From a virus, in the UHGV virus genome UHGV-0198624: a DNA stretch of 57,341 nucleotides, one strand, 5' to 3'. Under the pieces are notes generated by a model. The model did not search any database and had not been told where the DNA came from. It saw only the letters and a list, made by a program, of their open reading frames with translations. The translations under genes were made by a program, and so were the position numbers. The first letter of the stretch is position 1; every line of letters begins with the position of its first letter. This document shows positions 25,404 to 34,282 of the stretch, in pieces.

Positions 25404-26378
25404 ATGACAGAACTAATCGAATGTCCTATATGTAAAAAGCCCATAGCCTCAAGCGTGAAGAGGTGTCCGGGGTGCGGCGCGAGGCTGTCAAAGACACAGA
25501 AATTCAACGCAAGGAGAGTTGACGCTGACGGAAACCAAGTAATCCCGAAGAGCAGGCGCATTGTCTGCAAGAAATGCAAGACAGTGTATGACATGGCGGA
25601 AGATAGATGTCCCAACTGCGGAGAGAAAAATTCATCTTGGAAAATCGGATGTCTTGTCATTCTTGCGGTCTGTGTTTTCATAGGCTTTCTTTTCAGCAAA
25701 CTGCCAGAGCCTACTACAGACACCGCAGCGGCAGAAAAGTCAAAAACAGAAATTTTCTATAAAGTCGAAAAAACGAAAGGCCAGCAGAATTTCATCAGCA
25801 TCTCGAAAGAAGATGTAACGGAAGAAAAACTTGAGCTTCTAGGCGAAAAACTCAAGAAAAAATACAGCAATCCTGTTCAAGTGTTCATTTTCGATGATGC
25901 GGAGATTGCAAAGGCATGGCCACTTGAAAACGACAACCCGGAGGCAGAAAAGCACTTCGTGGGGCTTTACTGGAACGCGGGCAAGCGGCACGACTTCAAG
26001 ATCATGCTTGACGGAATGAACGGAAAGGCAAAGACAATAGAATATAAAAAGAAAACCAGGGAAGAGGATGAGCTTCCGCCGAGATACAGCAGGCAGCTTC
26101 CCGACATTATTGTGGACATGGACGGAACCGCATTCATAATTACCAACAACAGTGGCGCGGCTCTTACAAACCTGCAATTGATAATAAACCAGAATGACAG
26201 CTCAAGAAAACAGTACACTTGCAAAGTCGAGCGAATAGACAACAACAGGAAATATTCTGTCGGAATGCTTCTTTTCGCCAACAGCAAAAACGAGGTGTTC
26301 AATCCGCTTGCGCTGAAAGTCGTCAGTTTCTCAATCTATTCAGATCAAGGCTACGCGGTTTTCAACACAAGCTACTAA
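25404..26378 (+). CDS. Double zinc-ribbon, single-TM protein with a large exported domain (moron-like)
   Basis: Four CxxC pairs, TM IGCLVILAVCVFIGFLF, own promoter. Confidence 0.8.
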   Translation: MTELIECPICKKPIASSVKRCPGCGARLSKTQKFNARRVDADGNQVIPKSRRIVCKKCKTVYDMAEDRCPNCGEKNSSWKIGCLVILAVCVFIGFLFSKLPEPTTDTAAAEKSKTEIFYKVEKTKGQQNFISISKEDVTEEKLELLGEKLKKKYSNPVQVFIFDDAEIAKAWPLENDNPEAEKHFVGLYWNAGKRHDFKIMLDGMNGKAKTIEYKKKTREEDELPPRYSRQLPDIIVDMDGTAFIITNNSGAALTNLQLIINQNDSSRKQYTCKVERIDNNRKYSVGMLLFANSKNEVFNPLALKVVSFSIYSDQGYAVFNTSY

Positions 26379-26379
26379 G

Positions 26380-26787
26380 TCAAAGTGATTCAGCTTGAGC
26401 CCTAAGCTCCGAGGCTTTAATCTCATAGTCGCGGAGCTTTGATTTCTCGTCTGCCCCCGGAAGTCTTGCGAACGCTTTCTTTACAAGGCTTTCAATTTCC
26501 TTTATCTCGTCCAAAGCCTTTTCCTTGTATGAGGAATTTCTCGAATCAATGTAAAGCTGCAGGTTTCTTTTTGCGCTTTGAATTTTTCCAGAAATCCCGT
26601 CATCTGTTTTTTCAGAATGGACATCTACCCCGGAAATCTCCCCAAGCTCCCTTGCGAGAAAAAGCATTGCCCCGATGTTCAGGGCGGCTATAAATTCCCG
26701 CGAGCATGGATCATACTTCCCGAAGTCGATTTTTCTCAACAAATTCCTAAAGTCGTTGCGCAGTTCATTCTCGTCAGACTGTTCCAT
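26380..26787 (-). CDS. Cassette gene 9, helical hypothetical protein
   Basis: GGAGG RBS; overlaps gene 8. Confidence 0.7.
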   Translation of the reverse strand: MEQSDENELRNDFRNLLRKIDFGKYDPCSREFIAALNIGAMLFLARELGEISGVDVHSEKTDDGISGKIQSAKRNLQLYIDSRNSSYKEKALDEIKEIESLVKKAFARLPGADEKSKLRDYEIKASELRAQAESL

Positions 26788-27323
26788 TGCATAGCCTCCT
26801 TTTTTTTGTACTTTGCGTGGATTGCCTCGTCCGCAGTGTGCATATCAAGTGCAAGCCAGTCCGATTCGTAGAATCTTTTCAGCAACCTCCCAGTCCGCTT
26901 GAAATCCTTTTCCAGAATCTCCAATGCCTTTTCAAAAGCCGGGCTTTTATCCCCTGTGAGATTGAACAGCTCTTTCTGCAAGTCTCCAAGTTCTGCACTT
27001 CCCTCGACAAGAGCTTTGTCCCATGAGCGTAAGTGTTCCTGCATATCGGACGGAGCGTAGCTGACTTCATCGCCCTTGAAATTCCCCTGAACACGGAATT
27101 TGTCGAAAGCCTCGTTTTCAAGCCAAAGGCAGATGCGGTAGAACTGTGAGCTTCTGTATCTATGCCACCGCTTGAATCCGTTGTATCCCAATGCGTGCAT
27201 TGCGGACATTGCGGCTTTGTTTAATTTGCAGTGAGCAGAAACAATTTTGTTTGCCCTCTTGTAAATTTCAAGGATAGAATCCTCCATGCTTTTTTCAGCT
27301 TTTGAATCTGTGTAAAGCTCCAT
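26736..27323 (-). CDS. Cassette gene 8, ferritin-like four-helix protein
   Basis: H......AMHALGYNGFKRWH...E pattern; GGAGG RBS before ATG 27323. Confidence 0.6.
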   Translation of the reverse strand: MELYTDSKAEKSMEDSILEIYKRANKIVSAHCKLNKAAMSAMHALGYNGFKRWHRYRSSQFYRICLWLENEAFDKFRVQGNFKGDEVSYAPSDMQEHLRSWDKALVEGSAELGDLQKELFNLTGDKSPAFEKALEILEKDFKRTGRLLKRFYESDWLALDMHTADEAIHAKYKKKEAMQWNSLTRMNCATTLGIC

Positions 27324-27334
27324 TTCTTCCTCCG

Positions 27335-27664
27335 TCAGCAAGCCTTTCTTCCGCAAACCCTGACAAGCTGGAAATGCGCCGGATCATCAAGATACTGGAC
27401 ATGCAGGACTGTACGGCTTCTAAGAGGAAGCGGGCGGAAGTAGTTTCCGTTGCATCTCATCACTGCGGCGGTCGATGTTCCGTTTGTTATAGAAACCTGT
27501 GTTCCGTCTGTTCCAGTCGGAATAGGTGTCGCAAGAAGAATCTCATAGATAGTCCCAGACGTTATCTCCACCGAAGCCGGAACCGTTATTGTTGTAACTC
27601 CAGAGGCTATGGCTACAGATGAAGCCCTAGTCCTTACCGGATATTTATTGCAGCAGCACCCCAT
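27335..27664 (-). CDS. Cassette gene 7, beta-rich protein with N-terminal CCC
   Basis: MGCCCNKYP..., Thr/Val-rich strands; GGAGG RBS. Confidence 0.7.
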   Translation of the reverse strand: MGCCCNKYPVRTRASSVAIASGVTTITVPASVEITSGTIYEILLATPIPTGTDGTQVSITNGTSTAAVMRCNGNYFRPLPLRSRTVLHVQYLDDPAHFQLVRVCGRKAC

Positions 27665-27776
27665 GTCTGCCTCCTTTGTAGAAAAATAGGGGAAAACTTC
27701 CGTAGTTTTCCCCTGATATGTCAACGCCCTCAATGGGGCGGAATATTCACCTTTATAGGGAAAAAATCATCGCCTG

Positions 27777-28403
27777 CTATGCGTATGCGTAGCAGGTATT
27801 GCCACATCCGTTTCCGCAGTTGCAGAAAGGCGAGCTTCCGGCATTATAAGCCATGCTGTTCGGGTAGCGCACCACTCCGCACATGGCAGACTGAAGCTCA
27901 AGCTGGTTGACACGGTTCTGCAATGCATCTACCTTGTTCTGGTTGAGGGCGTCAAGAACTTTCTGCGTCATTGCCACAGTGTTTGCGTTCGACTGCGCCG
28001 CGTAGTTCGCCATGTCGAATCTCACGCTGTCGATGTTGCGGTTTGTGTTGCAGCAGCATTCAGCCATCTGCGTCTGGATTGACCGGCCCTCGCTCGCAAT
28101 TGCGCTGTTGACGCCGTTAAATCCATTGAGCAGGTTTGTATTCTGGGAATAGAAGCCGTCGCACATTCCGTAGTTGATTCCGTCCAGCTTGCGTGTGATT
28201 TCGTTTGTGTCGAATCCGCGCTGGATGTCGCCTGTTGTCGCGAGGCGCTCTCCGTTGCCCCTGTTTAATCCGTTTCCGAATCCGCCGAAGCCTAGAAGAG
28301 CGAAGATGAGAAACGCCCATACAAAGCCGTTTCCGCCTCCGAATCCGCAGCCGTCATTGCCGCCCATGAAGATTGGCGATCCGCCTGTCTCTGTCATTGT
28401 CAT
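27777..28403 (-). CDS. Cassette gene 6, Gly-rich hydrophobic N-terminus, long Asn/Gln coiled coil with CCC, Cys-rich tail
   Basis: GFGGGNGFVWAFLIFALLGFGGFG; MAECCCNT; CNCGNGCG. Confidence 0.85.
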   Translation of the reverse strand: MTMTETGGSPIFMGGNDGCGFGGGNGFVWAFLIFALLGFGGFGNGLNRGNGERLATTGDIQRGFDTNEITRKLDGINYGMCDGFYSQNTNLLNGFNGVNSAIASEGRSIQTQMAECCCNTNRNIDSVRFDMANYAAQSNANTVAMTQKVLDALNQNKVDALQNRVNQLELQSAMCGVVRYPNSMAYNAGSSPFCNCGNGCGNTCYAYA

Positions 28404-28524
28404 TCGCTTTTTTCTCCTTTCATATCAAGTGTAAATATCAGGACTGACAGCCCCTTTTCAACTTGCAAGAAAAACTTACAGGTTGAAAATTCAGTTGTTA
28501 AGCATTTCTTTACAACTGAATTTT

Positions 28525-28746
28525 TCAAATCTTTATGCCGAACTGCCCGGCGAACTTGGCTAGGTCAATACCCCTTTCCCCGGCTATGTTCATGGCTATC
28601 TGCCTCATCTCGTCAGCGCTTTTTCCATTTGTCATTTGCTGAACCCTTTGGAAAAGCTGGGGATTCGCCATGCGCATCTCCTCCATTTTCTGCTCCACAG
28701 CATTCTGTATTAGCGACTGCGGATTCATTGCCTGCAACGGATTCAT
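28525..28746 (-). CDS. Cassette gene 5, Met/Gln/Asn-rich helical protein
   Basis: MNPLQAMNPQ...NPQLFQ...GID. Confidence 0.75.
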   Translation of the reverse strand: MNPLQAMNPQSLIQNAVEQKMEEMRMANPQLFQRVQQMTNGKSADEMRQIAMNIAGERGIDLAKFAGQFGIKI

Positions 28747-29071
28747 TTTTTCCTCCTAACGCCCTTTCTATGGCGGCGAGCCTTGCATTTATCTCTGTAA
28801 GCGGATCTTCATTTCCTCTCTTTCCGCCCTCTGACGGAGCGTACACAACGAAGTCCGAAAGCCCGGTGCTGTTCATTCTCTTGAAGTAGATTTCCCCGGT
28901 GGACGGATTCAAAAAAAGATGTGTCGAAAGCGGATTGACAATAGCGTTTCTTGCCTCGTCAATGCTTGAAACCATCGCCACCTCGAAGTGCTCAGGCGCA
29001 GGCTGTCCGTAGGGGTTGAACTGCTGTCCTCTCTGGTAAAAATTCTGTCCTTGGAACTGATATGGTGGCAT
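28613..29071 (-). CDS. Cassette gene 4, Q/P-rich N-terminus plus small globular domain
   Basis: MPPYQFQGQ...VSSIDEA...IYFKRMN..G...F..Y; GGAGG RBS. Confidence 0.75.
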   Translation of the reverse strand: MPPYQFQGQNFYQRGQQFNPYGQPAPEHFEVAMVSSIDEARNAIVNPLSTHLFLNPSTGEIYFKRMNSTGLSDFVVYAPSEGGKRGNEDPLTEINARLAAIERALGGKNESVAGNESAVANTECCGAENGGDAHGESPAFPKGSANDKWKKR

Positions 29072-29073
29072 GG

Positions 29074-29250
29074 TTATTCCTCCTTCAGGATTGCAAGAAG
29101 CTCGGCGGACATCTGCTCCGGCGTGATTCCGTTCTGCCTTGCAAAGTCCGCTCCGCATGAGACACCATGCGCAAGCATTTCCGCAAGGCTCTTTCTCTCA
29201 TCGCACGAAAGTGCCCGTATGTAGTCAACCGCAACCTGCCTTGTATTCAT
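29074..29250 (-). CDS. Cassette gene 3, 58 aa (not in ORF track)
   Basis: MNTRQVAVDYIRALS...LLAILKEE; -10 TAACAT 6 nt upstream. Confidence 0.6.
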   Translation of the reverse strand: MNTRQVAVDYIRALSCDERKSLAEMLAHGVSCGADFARQNGITPEQMSAELLAILKEE

Positions 29251-29256
29251 GGCTTA

Positions 29257-29321
29257 ATGTTACTACTGAAAAGGAAAGCCGTCTTGTAAAGGTTTGATAA
29301 GGTTTTGGTAGAAATTTGGTA
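29257..29321 (-). promoter_or_regulatory. Activator-type promoter: four 11-bp-phased direct repeats upstream of -10 TAACAT
   Basis: CTTGTA 29283, TTGATA 29294, TTGGTA 29305, TTGGTA 29316; poor -35. Confidence 0.6.
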
Positions 29322-29367
29322 TTTTGGGAAAAAGTTTTCAGATATGAAAAAGCCTTGCGCTTTTTTT

Positions 29368-29598
29368 TCAGATGATTCTGATGAGCTTGCGCCGTATGGC
29401 TTTTAGCTCCTTGTAGACAGTTTCGGGCGATGAGCCTATCTTGTCGGCTATCGTGTTGACATCGCTCCGCCTTACGTAGAAGTCGTTGAAGATTACGCTC
29501 TGCCGGTCGGACAATGCTATATTCCCAGCCGCCTCATCGACTTCTTTTTTTATGGCGGACTTGAAGAACCTGTTTATCCGCCTTGATGTTTCTGACAA
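29368..29598 (-). CDS. Cassette gene 2, sigma-region-4/LuxR-like HTH regulator
   Basis: LSDRQSVIF...IADKIGSSPETVYKELKAIRRKL; AGGAGAGG before TTG 29598. Confidence 0.8.
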   Translation of the reverse strand: MSETSRRINRFFKSAIKKEVDEAAGNIALSDRQSVIFNDFYVRRSDVNTIADKIGSSPETVYKELKAIRRKLIRII

Positions 29599-29608
29599 TA
29601 TCCTCTCC

Positions 29609-29881
29609 TTACGCGCTTTTCTTTCCGCCGGGCTTCTGTTTTTCCCTTGCGCCTGCTCCGTGGAAAACGCAGTCCGATGTCTGCTCATAGCACGGGCTTG
29701 GGCATTGGCATCCGCGTCTTGGACAGAAAACTGACACGGCGCAAAGAACCGATACGATGAGCAGGACACACACCGCTATTTTCATCTGAAAATTCTCTTT
29801 CTTCAAGTCGCAGAGCGTGTCCCTTAGAATGCGTATATGCAGCTCATTGTCGCTGTCAATTGCTTTTTTTACATCTTCCAT
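29609..29881 (-). CDS. Cassette gene 1, single-TM Cys-rich protein
   Basis: Coiled coil, TM IAVCVLLIVSVLCAVSVF. Confidence 0.7.
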   Translation of the reverse strand: MEDVKKAIDSDNELHIRILRDTLCDLKKENFQMKIAVCVLLIVSVLCAVSVFCPRRGCQCPSPCYEQTSDCVFHGAGAREKQKPGGKKSA

Positions 29882-29889
29882 TTTCTTTC

Positions 29890-29918
29890 ATGCTAAAGAA
29901 ATAACGAGTATTCGTCAA
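29890..29918 (-). promoter_or_regulatory. Sigma70 promoter for the cassette
   Basis: TTGACG-17-TAGCAT, 8 nt before the ATG. Confidence 0.65.
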
Positions 29919-29931
29919 CATCAGTTTTTTT

Positions 29932-30531
29932 TTATATCAAAGAAATTTTTTTCATATATTTGTCCAGTGTAACCCACGTAACGCCTAGATTCCTCGCAAT
30001 CTCCGACTTGCTTTTTCCCTCAAGCCTTGCCCTGCGGATAATTCCGCCTTTTCCTGTCAGTTTGTAGCGGCTAGGCTTCCGTCCTTTAGGTCTGCCGAGT
30101 TTCTTTCCCTCTTTCAAAGCCCTTGCAAGTCCCGCTTTTGTCCTCTCACTGATTAAGTTGCGCTCGATTTCCGCAGAAAGCCCGAATGCGAACGCAAGCA
30201 CCTTTGACTGGATATTGTCGCCAAGCTCGTAGCCCTCCTTGATTGCCCGCACCTGAACGCCATTTTCAAGGAACGACTGCAGGACATTCAGAATCATCAT
30301 CAGCGAGCGTCCGAGACGCGAGATTTCCGCTATCACGATAATGTCGCCTTCTTTCGCCGCCTCTATAAGGTTGCCCAGCTTCCGCTTCTCTGGTCTTTTC
30401 GTTCCGCTCACGGTCTCCTGAACAAAGACGATGTTCCGCAGCCTGTGGAATTTGCAGTACAGCCTTATCTCCAGTTTCTGATTTTCAAGCGTCTGTTTGC
30501 CAGTGCTCACGCGGATATAGCCATAAACCAT
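29932..30531 (-). CDS. DNA invertase (Mpi-like serine recombinase) of the tail-fibre switch
   Basis: YGYIRVSTGKQ, SRLGR, C-terminal HTH; about 70 bp from the left IR. Confidence 0.93.
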   Translation of the reverse strand: MVYGYIRVSTGKQTLENQKLEIRLYCKFHRLRNIVFVQETVSGTKRPEKRKLGNLIEAAKEGDIIVIAEISRLGRSLMMILNVLQSFLENGVQVRAIKEGYELGDNIQSKVLAFAFGLSAEIERNLISERTKAGLARALKEGKKLGRPKGRKPSRYKLTGKGGIIRRARLEGKSKSEIARNLGVTWVTLDKYMKKISLI

Positions 30532-30600
30532 TTTATCACCTCTTTGATTTATAGCCTTTATTTGATATTTAGTAAATATTTTTATTCAGAATAGCAATCG

Positions 30601-30960
30601 ATAGAAAAATCGGGCGTTTTGAGTAAGCAGAAAAGCCAGAATAAAGCGCACTCGCATGGAATGGATTCCGCAGGCGGACATAGGCATAACCGAGGCAACA
30701 TGGAGATTTCCGGTGCTATAAGCGGTTTTGGTGTAAATATGGGGGCATCAGGAGCTCACTACGTTTCCAATGCTTATTCAGGTTCAAATCCTAGAATGGT
30801 TTCGGATTCTGACGCGAGAACTATATCATTCTTAGCCTCAAGAACATGGACTGGTAACACATCTGAGAATGGCTCTCATTCCCATACAGTACACGATGAT
30901 GGCGGAAGTGAATCTCGCCCAGAAAATTACACAATAAAAATTTGGAAAAGAACTGCCTAG
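30601..30960 (+). CDS. Silent alternative tail-fibre C-terminus
   Basis: IEKSGVLSKQ in frame, HxH repeats, ends NYTIKIWKRTA. Confidence 0.88.
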   Translation: MEKSGVLSKQKSQNKAHSHGMDSAGGHRHNRGNMEISGAISGFGVNMGASGAHYVSNAYSGSNPRMVSDSDARTISFLASRTWTGNTSENGSHSHTVHDDGGSESRPENYTIKIWKRTA

Positions 30961-31232
30961 GCGGTTCTTTTCCAAATACGGATTGTATAGTTCGCCGGGC
31001 GGTTCTCATCTCCTCCAGTAGAGTCTGTTGTAAAGCTGTGGGTATGGTTTCCTGCATAATTCGTCCATTGTGTCGACGTGCCTCGGTTAAGGACTGCACC
31101 CGTCCCGCCGCTTGTTGTCTTCGGGTCGTAATTGAAGTAATGTCGATGATTTCCAGCCTCATTTGTTGTTCCTGTATGCTTATGGCTTTGCAGGCTCTGC
31201 CCCTGCTTACTCAAAACGCCCGATTTTTCTAT
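30601..31232. mobile_element. Invertible segment bounded by perfect 30-bp inverted repeats
   Basis: ATAGAAAAATCGGGCGTTTTGAGTAAGCAG at 30601-30630 and its reverse complement at 31203-31232. Confidence 0.92.
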
Positions 31233-32147
31233 GAAGGCAGCCGCGTTGCCGCCTGACGCGCGGAAGAACGCTCCGTCATAGGAGATTTCCTTCCATGACG
31301 TACATGGATACACGTCTGTCGGAGCCTCCTCTTGAGGATACTGTGTTATTCTTTTTCCCACGCCCGGAGCAACGATGTTCTGCCATTTGCTTCCGTTCCA
31401 TGCGATTTTGAAAAAGGCGTTAGGCTGTATTGTGGACAGTTTGTTTGCCGCAACGCTGTTGCATGAGAGCGTATGGGTGATAGCCGTTGAGTTGATGAAT
31501 GTAACCGTGCAGCCCAGCTTCACACAGTCCTCAAGAATAACAGAGATGGACTGCCCGGCGGTTATTCTAATTATCGTATTGTCAGAGACTGAAACAGTCT
31601 GTGATGAGTTGGCTTCTATTTTGGATTCAACAAAACTCGGATTGTCCCAAGTTCCTTGGGCGGAGAGAAACGCAGCCGAGCCAGCCGAGCCAGCCATAGG
31701 AACAAAACCGTTGATGTCCTTTGCGAATGTCCTATTTTTTATAATCTCAAACACTTTCTGCGCAAGGGCATTCATCTTTACATTCTGGACATCATGGGAG
31801 GCTTCTACACCTAGACTCTTGTCAGATTTTGTTCTATGAATGAAAACAACCTCATCGTTTTCACCGATGTCGTCTTTAAGCTGCACTTCGGAGCTTAGCT
31901 CGTTCAGAGCCTCCTGCCTTTCGGTCTTTCCCGTTCCGCCCTGCTCAACCGGAAGAACTCCTGTTATATTCTCCATTTTAAGGGAGGCGTCTATCTCTTT
32001 CTGTAGCTTGTCATCAGACGCCTTGCGCTCGTCCGTCTCCTGTTTTGCGTATGCATCCAATATGTCCGTGTTATGGTTCCAGTGTTCAAGGTCGAACTGG
32101 TCTGCCGGCTCCGGTCTGTTCATTTTCAAGTTTTCTGTGTAGTCCAT
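30957..32147 (-). CDS. Tail fibre / receptor-binding protein
   Basis: Follows baseplate genes; GVLPVEQGGTG motif; HxH tip repeats; ends NYTIRIWKRTA. Confidence 0.88.
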   Translation of the reverse strand: MDYTENLKMNRPEPADQFDLEHWNHNTDILDAYAKQETDERKASDDKLQKEIDASLKMENITGVLPVEQGGTGKTERQEALNELSSEVQLKDDIGENDEVVFIHRTKSDKSLGVEASHDVQNVKMNALAQKVFEIIKNRTFAKDINGFVPMAGSAGSAAFLSAQGTWDNPSFVESKIEANSSQTVSVSDNTIIRITAGQSISVILEDCVKLGCTVTFINSTAITHTLSCNSVAANKLSTIQPNAFFKIAWNGSKWQNIVAPGVGKRITQYPQEEAPTDVYPCTSWKEISYDGAFFRASGGNAAAFIEKSGVLSKQGQSLQSHKHTGTTNEAGNHRHYFNYDPKTTSGGTGAVLNRGTSTQWTNYAGNHTHSFTTDSTGGDENRPANYTIRIWKRTA

Positions 32148-32159
32148 TTTTTTCTCCTG

Positions 32160-32714
32160 TTATATAGAATTTAAAGAGCGGTATCTTTGCAGCTCTTTGT
32201 AATCAAGGGAGCTTAAAGCCTTGTATGTATAGTGCCGTTTCAAATACATATAAGTGTACTGGATGTTCAGCACAAGAAAAAGGTTCGCAGGAATTACATT
32301 TCTTACCTGCTTTGAGAATTGCAGATAGATAATTGGGTTGTTCGTGTCTATGTCTATCATTATCTTGAACTCAGCAGGATAAATTGTATAGACAAATTTT
32401 CCTTTTCCCCATATCGATTCCAAAATTTCTGTAAGTCTCTGTCTTGTAAACGGCGGTCGGTAGTTCGTTTTGTTCAGAACGATAGCCCGGCGCTCTTCAA
32501 GCGTCTGAAAGGCATTCGGCTTTATATCATAGAAAGCCTCGAATTTTTGGATACCTTTCAGATCTGCTGTATTTATGAACAAATCCCTAAAAATTGTATT
32601 TCTTTCAGAATCAACTTTTTCCAGCTCATCCTTGCATACGCCGTAGACTGCTTCAAGTGTAAGATTGCCCTTGACAGCCTCCGGCTCAAACCTGAAAACC
32701 TTATTCTCCGCCAT
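32160..32714 (-). CDS. Baseplate protein XkdU-like (DUF2313)
   Basis: FI.TA...GI..FE....I......TLEERR; PPFT; IPAN. Confidence 0.8.
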   Translation of the reverse strand: MAENKVFRFEPEAVKGNLTLEAVYGVCKDELEKVDSERNTIFRDLFINTADLKGIQKFEAFYDIKPNAFQTLEERRAIVLNKTNYRPPFTRQRLTEILESIWGKGKFVYTIYPAEFKIMIDIDTNNPIIYLQFSKQVRNVIPANLFLVLNIQYTYMYLKRHYTYKALSSLDYKELQRYRSLNSI

Positions 32715-33891
32715 TGCCAGCCCCTATGTTTCCGTTGACAGTGAGAGTTCCAAGATAAGGAAGATACTGCATTCCAATTTCCCCCTCGTCAACATACACG
32801 ACATTCTCCGCCTTGCCGTTAAGAAGGACTGTATCAACCGTGATTATCTCGGGGATTTCCTGTATCAGTTTTTGGATTATAATTCCTGTGTATACGGACA
32901 ATTTGACATCCTGCGCAAACTGCTTTCTGACCGAAAGAAGATAATCCTCAAGAACCTGCTGAACTCTTTCGTAAAATTCGCCCTCGTCAACATCAGTCTT
33001 TACGCTCGCCTCTACAGACACATCCACAAGTTTCTTTACCGGGGTTGTTACTGTTACGTAATGACCTATCGGAGCGACACCTACACCCTCGCCCGATTTT
33101 TCCTCCGGGTCTATTTCATTTTTCAGTTTGGCTATGAACACATCGCTTACAGGATCGTATGACGGAGCCACAACTGAAAGCAAAACCGAGCCGTTCTGCT
33201 TCCATGCCGGGAAAACCTTTGTATTCCCTACGCCATAGATTTTATTTGTCCGCTCTATGTAGTCCTGAATATTTCCGCCGTACGCCGCATAGCATATATA
33301 ATTCTTAGTCCTAAGCCTAAGCTCCTCGTCAGTCTCTTCGTCAGAACCTGGCGTATAAATGTCAGTTACGCTTGCCTTGGCAAGATTCTGTATCGGGACA
33401 ATCGGCAAGACAAGCCCTTGATAAGAATCCCCTTTCTGCCCTGCCTGCTCGCACTCAAGAATGTCCATTCCGTTTTCTTTGCCGATGTACTCAAAGGTCA
33501 GTCCGTCCTCGCTTGCTACCGTAAATCTTGAGCCGATCGGAATATTCATATCAACAAGAATTTTATTACCTTCATCGTCAAAAATGAAATTTCCCGCGCC
33601 GTCAACCTTGTATCTTTTGAAAACTCCGACACGAAGCGATTTTGTCGCGGTTTTCCGTGAAAGTCCGTAGTCGTAAACCCTGCTGTCAAGATTCGCCCCT
33701 GTTGCAGTCATCAGATAAGTTTGTTCTGACATGACGTCTAAAAGCGCATAGGCGTTTGCAAGCTCAAGGCATAAGGGCGCAAGCGCGTCATAGGCTATGC
33801 TTCCCGGACGCTTGTCCACATCAACAAGCCTGTCATTTTCCAAAGCTCTTGAGAGAATTTTTTCATACGTATTATCTTCACTGTAGGACAT
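32701..33891 (-). CDS. Baseplate J-like protein XkdT
   Basis: GSI.YDALAP; TATG..LD; GSDEETDEELR.R; GVAPIGH.VTV. Confidence 0.9.
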   Translation of the reverse strand: MSYSEDNTYEKILSRALENDRLVDVDKRPGSIAYDALAPLCLELANAYALLDVMSEQTYLMTATGANLDSRVYDYGLSRKTATKSLRVGVFKRYKVDGAGNFIFDDEGNKILVDMNIPIGSRFTVASEDGLTFEYIGKENGMDILECEQAGQKGDSYQGLVLPIVPIQNLAKASVTDIYTPGSDEETDEELRLRTKNYICYAAYGGNIQDYIERTNKIYGVGNTKVFPAWKQNGSVLLSVVAPSYDPVSDVFIAKLKNEIDPEEKSGEGVGVAPIGHYVTVTTPVKKLVDVSVEASVKTDVDEGEFYERVQQVLEDYLLSVRKQFAQDVKLSVYTGIIIQKLIQEIPEIITVDTVLLNGKAENVVYVDEGEIGMQYLPYLGTLTVNGNIGAGNGGE

Positions 33892-34282
33892 CTGTTTCCT
33901 CCTCGACATTTCCGAATATGCTGTAAACTGTAAACTTTACTGTACAAGCCCCTGTCTGCTTGTCGCTCTTCTGAACGGATTCAACGGAAATGTCTGTTAT
34001 TCTGTCATCCTGCGTAAGAGCCTCTCGCAATGTGGCTTCTATACCTGCTTCAATGAATCCTATGTCTTTCCCTATGTACTGCTCCAGCTCAACTCCATAG
34101 TCATCATCATAAATCGGGTTTGAGTAACGTTCTGTAAGAAGAATGTGCTGGACAGCTTGACGTACTGATTCAAGACCGTCAACTTTGCCAGCGACAGTCT
34201 CCGTGTTTTGCCTATAAGTAAGGGACGGCTCTCTGTATTCCTGCACATCAGATACGCCCGCTCCTGAAATTTGAGGTGTCAT
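33878..34282 (-). CDS. Baseplate wedge XkdS-like (DUF2634)
   Basis: Q.V..IL.TERY...IY..DYG.EL; EAL.QDDRI. Confidence 0.85.
   Translation of the reverse strand: MTPQISGAGVSDVQEYREPSLTYRQNTETVAGKVDGLESVRQAVQHILLTERYSNPIYDDDYGVELEQYIGKDIGFIEAGIEATLREALTQDDRITDISVESVQKSDKQTGACTVKFTVYSIFGNVEEETDVLQ

Noticed and set aside
30601..31232. Diversity-generating retroelement TR/VR pair in the tail fibre
   Set aside because: No reverse transcriptase in the window; the two tips are inverted, differ at all base types and in length, and are explained by the invertase and IRs
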